This document shows positions 13,105 to 25,929 of a stretch of 64,000 nt of DNA, piece by piece. Origin of the DNA: Eledone cirrhosa (Eukaryota); the NCBI GenBank assembly GCA_964016885.1, contig OZ024764.1, positions 28,706,001 through 28,770,000 of the forward strand, in the 5' to 3' direction. The position numbers and the translations under genes were made by a program. Numbering within the stretch: position 1 is the stretch's first letter; each line of letters starts with the position of its first letter. The notes below the pieces were generated by a model. The model did not search any database, was not told the origin of the DNA, and was given only the letters and a program-made list of their open reading frames with translations.

Positions 13105-13559
13105 GAGATTTAATATTCTTAAGATTTAGATGTTTAAACTAATTTTAGTAAATTAAATTTGTTGCTTGTTTAGTTTTTCTTGTATTCACTTCTTTAAAAA
13201 CCACAGTGTTGCTACCACGGTTGTTATGGCTACCTCCCACCACTCCTCTCTCTATCAATGGAAGCAGACGACCAGGAAAAATATATTAAAATATTATAAA
13301 TAAATCGCTGATTTTATTTTATCTGTCTTTGTCTTGTTTATCTCATTCTGTTCTTTATAAACCCATTTATAACATTTTATAAGGTTTTCTCAACGTAAAC
13401 ATCGGCGATTTCCCCCTCTCTATATATCTTATACTCTCTCTCTCTCTCTCATATGATTAGAAAATGTTAAAAATAACAGCCAAATCTATCAACCTCTTAT
13501 TTCTCACCTTCTCTTTACATCTATCACTCTGTCAGAAGTAAAGAGAGATGAGAAATAAG

Positions 13560-13752
13560 AGATAGATAGAGGGTGAGAAATACAAAGAAGAAAGAATAAA
13601 AGAAGTAAAGATAAGGTGAGAAATATGAGGTAGATAGAGTAATAGAAATAAAGAGAGGGTGAGAAATACGAGGAAGAAAGTGTAATAGAAGAAAAGAGAG
13701 GGTGAGAAAGTAGAGGTAGATAGAGTAATAAAAGTAAAGAGAGGGTGAGAGA
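13560..13752. repeat. Purine-rich 43-bp minisatellite, ~5 diverged units
   Basis: (g/a)ggtgag recurs at 13571, 13614, 13657, 13700 and 13743. Confidence 0.8.
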
Positions 13753-13914
13753 ATTGAGTGTGTGACACATTCGTCTTTCTATCTCTCTCTATTTCTCCTC
13801 CTTCCATGTATTATTGTCTCTTACTACTCATCGTAAAAGATGATCCCCCCGCCATCTTTCGAGTAAGCAATGAAACTCTAAAGAACCATGGGTGATAACT
13901 CTATTTGAAAAATT

Positions 13915-13995
13915 GAGGCGCCGGAAGGGTTCGAACCCATGTAACGTCATGATGCTAATGTTTGTAAGCCGAATCGCTAACCACCCATCTACATA
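13915..13995 (-). mobile_element. tRNA-like SINE head (not a functional tRNA); second partial copy at ~14084-14130
   Basis: Reverse complement has tgggtggttagcg (A box) and gggttcgaaccc (B box). No convincing cloverleaf. Confidence 0.5.
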
Positions 13996-14169
13996 AGTAA
14001 CTGTTCGTAGCGCCCTCTTTCACTAAACAGTGAAACTATATAAAAAGACTAGGAGATAACTCGTGTGGCACTATAGAGAAGAGTGTAAGATTCGAACCAT
14101 GTAACGTTACAGCCCTAAGGTTAGTAAGCGGAGCTACGGATTTAAAAGGAAAATCGCGTTTAAAATAAG

Positions 14170-14467
14170 TCATATAATACGACCCAACTCCCTGTTACAC
14201 TTCGTATACACATGTTAGCGTGTATCTGGCCGCACCTACGAGAGGTTTGTTTACACTTTGAAGTTTGTTTTGATCATCGCTGCCACGCAGCTTTGTTTAA
14301 ATAAAGGGTTTCTACTTTATATTACAGTAATAAAAGTTTTACTTCGTCTACACATGTTATCGTGTATCGGGCAGCACCTATGGGCTGTTTGTTTACACTT
14401 TGGTGTTTATTTTGATCATCGCCTCATCGCAGGTTTGTTTAATTAAAGGTTGCGAGGGGGATCACTG

Positions 14468-14511
<44 letters not shown>

Positions 14512-14594
14512 CGAAAAGACACACACATATATATACATACACGCAGACATACACCTGTGTGTATGTGTATGTGCGTGTGTGCGTGTCTTTGGCT

Positions 14595-14681
<87 letters not shown>

Positions 14682-17600
14682 GTGTATATATATACAGACA
14701 CACACTGTTGTTTCTTGATTTTTAGCTGCTGTTTCTAAAGTGTTTATTAATATATGCTAGAAATAGCAGTCAAGGGAACATTTACGTATATATATGTAAG
14801 GACAGTGACACCTGCTGCAACAGGCATCCAACGTCGTGGGACTCCATCCTCAGACGGGCCACAGACACTGCGATGTTGCGGAGGAGCTCGGCTGTAATGG
14901 GTCCAAGTTGGCCCGGGGTCTCGACGGCGGCTGGTGCTTAGAAGAGGCTCCAGGACAAACACCGGAATTTGTTTATTTTATGTTCATCTGCGAGACGGGC
15001 AGCGATGCTGGGGTTTGTGGATCTACCTCCTTCGAATGGGAAGAGGGTGATTCCCTCGGGGTGCTTGCCATCTCCGCGGCCTAGGCCTGCTGGCTCCAGT
15101 TGAGATGGAAATTCAGCTGCGTCCAGGCTTCTTCTCACTATGTCGTTGAGAGCATTTATGTGGCTCACACACGCGGAGGCCAAGGCGTTGGGCTACTCCG
15201 ATGCGAGTTCAATCATCATCAAGAATTTATTTGAATTGAAAGGTCACTAAACTAATATAGGAGTGTCATTTAAAAATAAGGTAAACAGAAATAGTTACAC
15301 CGGTAACATAATTACTGTTACACCGGTAGTTCACTAACAATTCATTTCACGTTCGTCTCTAACAGGTAATGTTTTAATTTGCTCTCCATGTTGGGGAGTA
15401 ACTGTAGTTTGGCTTGCTAGGGGTCATACATCTTCATACATACACACACATACTATATATATATATATACAAAGGAAAGGAAGTTAAACAAATATCAGAG
15501 GATTTGACCGGCTTCTTCCTCTTGGCACCTGTAGCCACCATGACGTATAAGTATAAATATATATATATATACATATCTATCTATCTATATATATATCATC
15601 ATTTTCATTTTACGTCTGCTTTTCCCTGTTTGCAAGGGTGGGGCATATATATATATATCATCATCATTATACATCCACTTTTCCCCGCTTGGCAGCACCT
15701 ACGAGAAGTTTGTTTTGATCATCGCTGCATCGTAGCTTTGTTTAAATAAAGGGTTTCTACTTTATATTACAGTAATAATACTTTCAGAATACTCGGATTG
15801 TTTTTATATTAAAGGGGAACATAAACATATTTTAGAGGAGGGGTGTGGAACAGAAAAGTTTGGGGACCACTGATACACACACACATTTATTTACTATATA
15901 TATAATATATACATATATATATGTCTGTGTGTGTATACTATATATATATATATGTACAGGGAGGTCGAAGCATTTCAGAATTTTTCTAGGCGGCGGCGGG
16001 TGGGGTGCAAATCCCCCTCTTTATATCAATTAGCACACACTCTCTCCCTCTCTATATCTACTACACGGCACTCTCTTCCAATACCCCTCTCTATATGAAG
16101 TAACACCAAACTCTCCCCCTCTCTATATATTAAGCACTAAGTCAGGAATTTTTTTCTTCTTTCGTGCAGAGAGAGTAAAGTTGATTAAATCTACTGCAGT
16201 GAATTACTGGTATTTTATTTAATAAAAATTAAAATTTACTATTTGTCTTCGTTTAATTTTCGTTTTTCTTTACATAGTTTCGTTTCGTTAAATGTCTCCA
16301 GAATTTGTTTTTACTTTTACCGGATATTGAAGGGGTAAACTTGGTGTTGTCTAGAAACGTGTTAGAAATATTTTTCTTTTAATTGTGAAGAATTTAACCG
16401 CAAAGTAAGTTTTTTTTACTGTTTATTTGTGGCTGGGACAACGTATGGTATGTGTTAATGTAAATGGTGAAGGTTTAAAGATTCTTTTTACAACTGAAAA
16501 TCAGTTTGTTGTTGCTGCTAATTACTTAACGTATGGAATAGATTAAAAAAATACAGGATTGTTTCTCGGAAGAGAGAAAGAAGAAACAACAAATCACAGA
16601 AGCGGGTAGCACACACATTTGGGACCACATACAACACAAAAACAGGTAATCCACACATCTGGGACCACATACAACACACCAGCAGGTAATACATACATCT
16701 AGGACCACATAAGCAGGTAATACACACATCTAGGACCACATACAACACACAAGCAAGTAATACACACATCTAGGACGACATACAACCAAAGGCAGGCGAA
16801 AGGGGTGGACAAACGAGCTGCTACTAGAGCAAAAGATAACAGTATCGCGAGGAGCACTGGGAAACCTCTCTAATGATTTTTTAGGCAAGCCAGCACGTCT
16901 GCAGCGTTACCTCGGGCGATGGCGAGGCTGAGGAGCTGGAACAACCAAGTGCCCTCACGAGCTTCACCAGTCACCTTCGTCAGGCTAGCCGCCAGTGAAG
17001 ATAGGAATCTCGCAGTCAGTATCCCGACTCCCCCAAACGCCACAGGCTGGAAAATGTAGTTGGCCGACAGATCACAGTATTACTTAACAGTGATAGATAT
17101 TCTGTCTAAAGGAGGGGCGTGCAACAGGCGGCCCGCGGGGCCACAATCGAGCCCACCTGACCAGTCAGAGTGGCCCGCAATGACTGTTGTAGGCTTATTT
17201 AGAATTTTTTCCATACCCGTAATACTTCTGTTAGTTGACCTATACTAAAGGACTTCACTGATAGGGTTATATGTGTTAGAATTTCCCAGTTGACCTATAC
17301 TAAAGGACTTCACTGATAGGGTTATATGTGTTATAGTTTCCCAGTTGACCTATACTAAAGGGCTTCACTGATAGAGTTATATGTGTTATAGTTTCCCAGA
17401 GGGCTTCACTGATAGGGTTATATGTGTTATAGTTTCCCAGTTGACCTATACTAAAGGACTTCACTGATAGGGTTATATGTGTTATAGTTTCCCAGTTGAC
17501 CTATACTAAAGGACTTCACTGATAGGGTTACATGTGTTATAGTTTCCCAATTGACCTATACTAAAGGGCTTCACTGATAGAGTTATATGTGTTATAGTTT

Positions 17601-19773
17601 GAAACAAACTACCTGCATCAGTTATTATACTTTTATAACACCGCTATATTACCTACATGAAAGAGGTAAATATTTATTTCTCTTGTCTTCTTAAATGTAT
17701 AGAACATTTTTCTTATATATATTCTTAACATAGCTAGGACCGTTTATTATTTACTAGTCTCTACTCCTAGGACTTTGCTGGTCTCATGTCCCCTCCATCA
17801 ACACACACTCGGTAGAAAGCTGGTCGTCGGAGGTAAAGTGGCCCTGATTACAGGTCTAGTATTGAAGCCTTTCGGCTTGAGCCTTGCTGATGCCGACAGA
17901 GTTCCTGTGGTAGTTTTGGTAGCACAGGTGACATTTTATTGTGTTTAGGTACCGGCTAGTGCGGACACAGAGAGCAGAACCAGGTGGTGAGCTGGCAACG
18001 ACCAAGTGTAGAGGGCCAGCTTTGAAATTCGAGCGACGGAGTGAACTAGTAAAAGAGGCAGGGTAAGCAGCATTGGTTCTAACGGTGGGACTAGAACGGA
18101 GGTTGGGTGGTGCTGGGGGTGGGCTAACAGCTAGCAGTTGTAGGAGTGGTGGGGGTTTGGTAGGATTAATTTTTACATCTGTCTGTGAACTCTTGAAAAA
18201 GCAACATACAATTGTCCAGGGTTAAATACTTGCTCAGGGAGCAACAGACCCACTTTATCATGTATTTGACCATGGTTCTTGTTGATTGTCATGGCATATG
18301 AAAGTCTTAATGGAAACTGGGGTCTTTCCAAAGTAAAAGGGATGTTGGCACCACTGGGGGATAACTTCAGTCTTGGGATCAAAACACACCTGCCCATCAA
18401 AGGACCATAGATATGAGAAGCTTTGATAAAATGTTTATGCAGTTCTACTACTTCTAATCTTGTGCCATTACATAATCTGTTCTGGATTGAAATATTCCAT
18501 AGAAGCATTATTATTGATCCTGCTTATAATTGGAGAGTTTGTGAGGCGGCATCCCAGAAGGTGTAAGCAAATTCATTTAGCTTGAACCAGGCAGCAAGGG
18601 TCCCTGCATTTCTACCACAACCTGAGCATTGCCTCTTTGAAAGTAAACTCTGTTTGTTCTCCAGGTGTGTGACTAGGCTGTATACTGTATGTGATGTACC
18701 ATGAAGCTTAAATTCTGAGAGACACGACACTGCTTCTGGCTGAGACACATACCTGCAACAAAGATAGGTTCTTATTTCATCATGGTTGTGTTGGTTCTGA
18801 GCCTCATTAGGTAATGCATTATTCGTTACTTCTATAGATGTACAATCATGCCCCATGTAACATATTTAAAGAGGTACTTGACACTTTTTACAGAAGCGCA
18901 AACTTCAACATTAATATGTGCACAATATTTCTTAATCAAAAAGGCATTAAATGGCACAACATTCCTGTTATCTACTGAATGTCATCCAATTTACACTGCA
19001 GTTCCTGTCTTGCACCTCCTGTACTCTGGGTATCCATTTAGGTTCAATAATGTTTCCCTTCTGTAGGTTTTTGGATAGTTTTTTTTGAAAAATCCATTTT
19101 GTATAAATGGAGGAAAAGGGTTTCCAGAACCACATGGCCTGTGGATCATAAACTTTTAAACCTGCTCATGTAGTACTGGATCATCTTCCAATGCAGGTAT
19201 TTCTGCTGACACGATTCTGTCAATGTCTTCTCTGTTTCTTATTTTGTCTTCATTTTTTAAGGCTCAGTGTTATCATCTGTTTAGATAATTCATTAAACCA
19301 TTATACTCATCCACTCACAATTGGGCTTGATTGTTCCTCAAATATTGAAGCCTGCATCCCTTTACTTTCATATAGGCTTCCACTAAATACTGCTAAAATA
19401 ATTTACCTGCCCTATATATCGCACTGAATCCTCCTCTATATGCTATACAGTATATGTAATACTCCTGCATTGTCAGTCTATTGCAAACACAGGTCCTACA
19501 TTCCTCTCCATGGCACTATGCCACCAAAATTCACCATTATCGGTCGGTCATGAGGTCCAAGTGGCATGAATTATGTGGTATTTTCTGAGGAGGATGGTCT
19601 TTAGGAAAGATGATAATATCTCTTTGTACAGGTGGTGTGCCCTCAATCCCCCACAAAACAACAGCTATCATTACTAGTTGGTAAATTAGAGCAGCTCATA
19701 TCTGATCCTCTTCTAAATCTTAATTCACAGTTCTGTACACGACAATTTTCTCTTCTTACACTTTGCTGTTTGA
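14170..19773 (+). repeat. Segmental duplicate of ~1480-7128: CRE-like A 14802-15190, CRE-like B 16870-17075, 55-bp array 17232-17600 (~7 units), PHD frame 17838-18170
   Basis: Colinear near-identity at an offset of ~12.64-12.78 kb. Confidence 0.92.
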
Positions 19774-19789
19774 GATGAAACAAGATAGC

Positions 19790-21430
19790 AATGTCCATAA
19801 CATTACATGACAGCTTTATTAGCCACAGGGGCAGAGATGTCCATAACATTACATGTCAGAATTATTAGCCACAGGGGCAGAGATGACCATAACATTACAT
19901 GACATAATTATTAGCCACAGGTGCAGAGATGACCATAACATTACATGACAGAATTATTAACCACAGGGGCAGAGATGACCATAAAATTACATGACAATTA
20001 TTAGCCCCAGGGGCAGATATGTCCATAACATTACATGACAGAGTTTCATCTCGCGCTCTCTCTCTCTCGTTTCATCTCGCTCTCTCTCTCTCTCGTTTCA
20101 TCTCTGTCTTCCTCTCTCTCATTTCATCTCTGTCTTCCTCTCTCTCGTTCCATCTCTCTCTTCCTCTCTCTCGTTCCATCTCTCTCTTCCTCTCTCTCGT
20201 TTCATCACTCTCTCTCGTTTCATCTCTATTTCTCTCTCTCGTTTCATCTCTATCTCTCTCGTTTCATCTGTCTCTCTCTCTGTCGTTTCATCTCCCTCTA
20301 TCTCTCTCTCGCTCTCTCATTTCATCTCTCTCTCCCTCTCGTTTCATCTCGCTCTCTCTGTCCTGTTTCATCTCGCTCTCTCTCTCCTGTTTCATCTCGC
20401 TCTCTCTCTCCTGTTTCATCTCGCTCTCTAGTCTCGTTTCCTCTCTCTCTCATTTCATCTCGCTCTCTCTCTCTCATTTCATCTCGCTCTCACTCTCTCT
20501 CATTTCATCTCGCTCTCTCTCTCTCATTTCATCTCGCTCTCACTCTCTCATTTCATCTCGCTCTGACTCTCTCTTATTTCATCTCGCTCTCTCTCTCTCT
20601 CGTTTCATCTCGCTCTCTCTCTCTCATTTCATCTCGCTCTCACTCTCTCTCATTTCATCTCGCACTCACTCTCTCATTTCAGCTCGCTCTCTCTCTCTCT
20701 CGTTTCATCTCGCTCTCTCTGTCTCATTTCATCTCGCTCTCTCTCTCTCTCTCTCTCGTTTCATCTCGCTCTCTCTCTCGCTCTCTCTCTCTCATTTCAT
20801 CTCACTCTCTCTCTCTCTCGTTTCATCTCGCTCTCACTCTCTCATTTCATCTCGCTCTCTCTCTCTCGTTCCATCCTGCTCTCTCTCTCTCTCTTCCTCT
20901 CTCTCTCTTGTTTCAACACTCTAATCCCTCACTTGTTTCATCTCTCTCTAATCCCTCACTTGTTTCATCTCTCTCTTGTTTCAATTCTTTCTCTCTCTCT
21001 CTCTCTCTTTCTCTCCCCTCTCTCTTTCTCTCCCCTCTCTCTCTTGTTTCATCCCTCACCCTCTTGTTTCATCCCCCCTGTCCCTCTTCCTCTCTCTCTC
21101 TTTCTCTCTCTCTCTTCCTCTCTCTCTCTCTTCCTCTCTCTCTCTCTCTTCCTCTCTCTCTCTCTTTCACACTCTATCTCCGACTCGTTTCATCACTCTC
21201 TCCCCTCTCTCCCCTCACCCTCTTGTTTCAACTCTCTCCTCGTTTCAACTCTCTCTCTCTCCTCTCGTTTCAACTCTCTCTCTCTCTCTCCTCTCGTTAC
21301 AACTCTCTCTCTCTCTCCTCTCGTTTCAACTCTCTCTCTCTTTTCTCGATTCAACTCTCTCCTCTCTTGTTTCAACTCTCTCACCTCTCGTTTCAACTCT
21401 CTCACCTCTCGTTTCAACTCTTTCTCTCTG
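19790..21430 (+). repeat. Single-copy composite satellite unit: ~5.5 x 46-bp repeat followed by a ~1.4-kb GTTTCATCTCG+(CT)n block
   Basis: Same 46-mer and CT-cassette sequence as 46481-60390. Confidence 0.9.
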
Positions 21431-21634
21431 TGTCTCCAATGTGTAATAAACCGTGACTCATATATATATACCGAAGAATGTACATAAACACATACATACA
21501 CGCATGTGTATATATATATACATACATGTGTCTCTCTCTCTCCCTATATATATGTATATATGTGTAAATATGTACATACATATTAGTGTATATATATTGC
21601 TATCTATATGCATATTTGTATAATTATACTGTAT

Positions 21635-21805
21635 GGTGAATTGGCAGTATCGGTAGAGGGTCTGACGCCATGCTTTCCAGCATAGTTACGTCCCTTTACG
21701 ATCCGAGGTTAACTTTGCCTTTCATCCTTACGGGGTCGATAAAATAAAGTACCAGTAATGTACTGGTTAATTACTGACCTTGTGCCTAAAATAGAAACAA
21801 TTATT
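21635..21805 (+). mobile_element. tRNA-derived SINE (related subfamily); duplicate at 60574-60744
   Basis: tggcagtatcggtagag head and actttgcctttcatccttacggggtcgataaaataaagtaccag core. Confidence 0.8.
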
Positions 21806-23199
21806 AGTTCAAAGAGAAACCACCATCCTACCTGAAATATTATGTTATCATATTAAATATTTCTTATACTGTCATGTTTTTTCTTTAAAAAGATTGCATC
21901 TCAATAAGGTGAAGAAAACTATTATATACTGTTGTTATATCATTATACTTTAGTTTTAACTTATTATTTCTATGTGTTTAAATATAATGTATGTAAGTGT
22001 GTTTGAAAATATATAATAATAATATGCATGTTTGAAGCAGGGTTCAACTGAAATATCTATACCAGTAAATTAATTAGTGTTACACTTTAGGCATAAACTA
22101 TTTGGCATTCTTTGAAGGAGGTACTAGGTTTTTCGCTGTCTTAAATGGAGTATACACGCGCACACGATGCATATATATATTGTTTTTCTCTGTACAAAGA
22201 GATTGACATCATTTCTTAAATCATTATTTAGGGTTTTACAACAAAACATATTGTATGTGTAATTATACAAATTGAATTTAAGTATTTATTTTAAAATTTT
22301 ACATACACTTTAGTAGTATATATATATATATATATTTGTGATGCCATGCATTGTATTGTACACTTCGACATATGGATTATATTCATGCAACACCTCTCTT
22401 ATCATAGCCATTTTTTGTGGTGAGCAGTCATTATTTGTTGGGACTAGGGCAGTGGATTGGCAGTATCGGTAGAGCGTCAGACACCATGCTTTGCAGCATA
22501 GGGTTATGGCCCTTTACGTTCTGGGTTCAAATCCCTCTAAGGTTGACTTTGTTTTCATCCTTATGAGGTCGATAGAATAAAGTACCAGTAATTGCTGGCC
22601 TTGTGCCAGAAACAATTATTTGGTTGTACTTCCAATCTGTGCTACACACCTTCGTTCCCATCAATAATATATAACTGGCCATATTGTGGTGTATTTTCTG
22701 CAGGTTACAGAGATGGGTGTGTATTGATATGTTTGACCCTGAATATGAAATCTATACGGGCCTCTGCCGGGTGGTAACACCAAATGAAGTGAAATAAATG
22801 TAGTTTTAATTGCAGATGTTTCTGTGAAATCAACTGCTTCCTGGCCTCTTTCAAAGAGATTTCTCAGTCTCTCAGGGTATATTTGCAATGGTGGCAACAC
22901 TACCTTTCCTTTATTACAACAGTTACAATTTTCATTTCTAAATTTCAAAGCTCCACAGTGATCACACGAAACATTCATATCACTAATATGAAATTCTTCT
23001 ACATTTCCATTAATATTAATTGTTGGCCAATTTCTCTTACGACGCTCATTATCCATTCTTCTCTGTCTGAATGTTTTCCATTCTAAGTCTATTTGCATGG
23101 AATAATTATATTCTGTTGTTTATTATGTAATTAAATAGCTCTGTACAATACATAGAGCATTCTTCTTTTCTTTACCTTTTCTATGGAAATACAAGAACA

Positions 23200-23256
<57 letters not shown>

Positions 23257-23460
23257 ACATACATAAACAAGACTGTTATTGCTCCAACCAGTCTATTTAC
23301 CTTTGATAACTATCCTAAATATAAATACACCTATACCATACATACATATATCATATATGTTTTTGATGCCGTGGTATAGCAGAGATAAGCAAGAAGAGAA
23401 AAGAAAATGAAAATGAGAAAAAAAAAGAAGTAAGAAGTCGGGGGAGGGACAGACACTTCA

Positions 23461-23700
23461 CCCCAGTCTAAGTGGTCCCTCAGCCGCAACCTGTGGCAGA
23501 AACGTAAAAGCGTTACCTCAGAGCAAGGCCAGAGACACCTGCTACAATAGTCGCCCCTCCTCATGAAGCTCCTGTCGTCTTTCCTCCCGACTTTATGGAG
23601 GAAATCAGCAGTACAGGGACCAAGTATGGCAGAGGTCTCAATGGAGTGGAAGAGGTGAGTCAGGCCTTGGTACTATCTTACTATCCTCTGCATTGCGGGG
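23461..23700 (-). mobile_element. 3' fragment of a CRE-like non-LTR retrotransposon, family C; copies at 26134-26373 and 62373-62612
   Basis: Minus-strand translation SIETSAILGPCTADFLHKVGRK...L*QVSLALL*GNA (xIET..LGP / QxSxAxxRGNA motifs), degenerate. Confidence 0.55.
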
Positions 23701-24524
23701 TGTGGAGCCTAGGTTTGTGGCTGTAGCTATATTTGAACTTTTATATGAAATTTCAGTTTTATATTTTTCACATCATAAAACTTAATCTTAGTCTTTTGCA
23801 GCTCATCTTGTTTCATCTCTCAGCACACGATTTGGGAACCACTGCTCTAGAGATAGAAAAAGTATATTTTATGCAGGGCTTCCCTGAGACATAAAAACTA
23901 TTTCAAGAGATCGACATGGGTAGAAAGGTTGAGCATGCTGCACAATGTTCTTTGGTTTTTGTTCACCTTTAAATAATCATGTATAAAATATCGAGTGTGC
24001 AAGATTTCATGAAAAGGTATAACATTATTTATGCTGATCTTGCAGGGACTAGCTCCAACTGAGAGTTGTACCAATTCCCACTAAACTCGAAACTCCTGGA
24101 CAATATATACATATCTTTATAAGTTCCTGTGTATTGTGTCGCTGTATAATGAAACATAAATATATACCATGCATGTCAGTCAGATTTGAACTCACTATAT
24201 TTGGCGTTTTATAGATATAATTTGTTTGTTAAAACAATTGATTAAATAATAACTAAATAAAATTAATTCTACAATCCTGGATAGGGAATGAACTAGAAGC
24301 CATCTATTCGAGCAGTATTGCCATCTAAGCCACCAGGTTACTTACAGAACTTCATTCAAATATAAAATATAAAATATATGCCAGACATAGTGAGTTCGAA
24401 TCTGACTGATTAGTTGGTCATTGTCCCAGCCAACAGTTTAAATCGCCAACCAGTAGGTGACATCGACTAGGTTGGGAAAACTTGGTTAAGTAGCTCCAGT
24501 TATTGCTACGTTAGACATATTCAA

Positions 24525-24626
24525 GACTTATCGACACTGAATGGAAGAAAGGTAAAGTTGAACTCAGAGTAAAGAACTGGAAAAATACTGCAAAGAATTC
24601 TATCTGATGTTCTAACAATTCTACCA
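24525..24626 (-). mobile_element. Old degenerate SINE; copies at ~27213-27315 and ~63452-63553
   Basis: Reverse complement tggtagaattgttagaac...ctgagttcaactttacctttcttccattcagtgtcgataag matches the same SINE head and core. Confidence 0.6.
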
Positions 24627-24715
24627 AGTTACCTTATGTATATATATTTATATCTAGAGATAAGAAGAAAACTGAAAGAAAGAAAAGAAAAAAAATGAGA
24701 CCTTATATGTAACCC

Positions 24716-25517
24716 ATGTTACAACTCAATATATATATATTTGGGTTGTAACATATTCCTGCCGGTGAAATAAAAATTTTAATAGAAAAACGGCGGGAAT
24801 ATATGTTACAACCCAATCTATATATATTTGAGTTGTAACATATATTCCCGCCGTTGAAATAAAAATTTTAATAGAAAAACGGCGGGAATATATGTTACAA
24901 TCCAAGCTACATATTTTTGGGTTGTAACATATATTCCCGCCGTTGAAATAAAAATTTTAATAGAAAAACGGCGGGAATATATGTTACAACCCAACCTATA
25001 TATGTTTGGGTTGTAATATATATTCCCGCCGTTTTTATGTTAAAATTTTTATTTCAACGGCGGGAATATATGTTACAACCCAAATATATGTAGATTGGGT
25101 TGTAACATATATTCCCGCCGTTTTTCTATTAAAATTTTTATTTCAACGGCGGGAATATATGTTACAACCCAAATATATGTAGATTGGGTTGTAACATATA
25201 TTCCCGCCGTTTTTCTATTAAAATGTTTATTTCAACGGCGGGAATATATGTTAAAACCCAAATATATATAGATTGGGCTGTAACATATATTCCCGCCGTT
25301 TTTCTATTAAAATTTTTATTTCAACGGCGGGAATATATGTTACAACCCAAATATATATAGATTGGGTTGTAATATATGTTCCCGCCGTTTTCCTATTAAA
25401 ATTTTTATTTCAACGGCGGGAATATATGTTACAACCCAAATATATATAGATTGGGTTGTAACATATGTTCCCGCCGTTTTTCTATTAAAATTTTTATTTC
25501 AACGGCGGGAATATATA
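24716..25517. repeat. 89-bp hairpin satellite (28-bp stem, 11-nt loop, 28-bp stem, 22-nt spacer), ~9 units with an internal polarity switch near 25000
   Basis: cggcggg recurs at 24791, 24880, 24969, 25058 and 25147. aacggcgggaatatatgttacaacccaa is the reverse complement of ttgggttgtaacatatattcccgccgtt. Confidence 0.95.
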
Positions 25518-25543
25518 CCCTGAGAGACTGAGAAATCTCTTTC

Positions 25544-25893
25544 AAAGAGATTTCTCAGTCTCTCAGGGTATATTTGCAATGGTGGCAACACAACCTTTCC
25601 TTTATTACAACAGTTACAATTTTCATTTCTAAATTTCAAAGCTCCACAGTGATCACACGAAACATTCATATCACTAATATGAAATCCTTCTACATTTCCA
25701 TTAATATTAATTGTTGGCCAATTTCTCTTACGACGCTCATTATCCATTCTTCTCTGTCTGAATGTTTTCCAGTCTAAGTCTATTTGCATGGAATAATTAT
25801 ATTCTGTTGTTTATTATGTAATTAAATAGCTCTGTACAATACATAGAGCATTCTTCTTTTCTTTACCTTTTCTATGGAAATACAAGAACAAAC

Positions 25894-25929
<36 letters not shown>

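Larger units (their letters stand above)
18173..23098 (-). mobile_element. Helitron RepHel pseudogene copy 2, interrupted by a 2.57-kb insertion (19774-22338)
   Basis: Same motifs as copy 1. The sequence ctgtttga|tgccatgc of copy 1 is split between 19773 and 22339. Confidence 0.9.

Noticed and set aside
13915-13995. Possible tRNA gene
   Set aside because: A and B boxes only; acceptor and anticodon stems do not pair convincingly. Treated as a SINE head.
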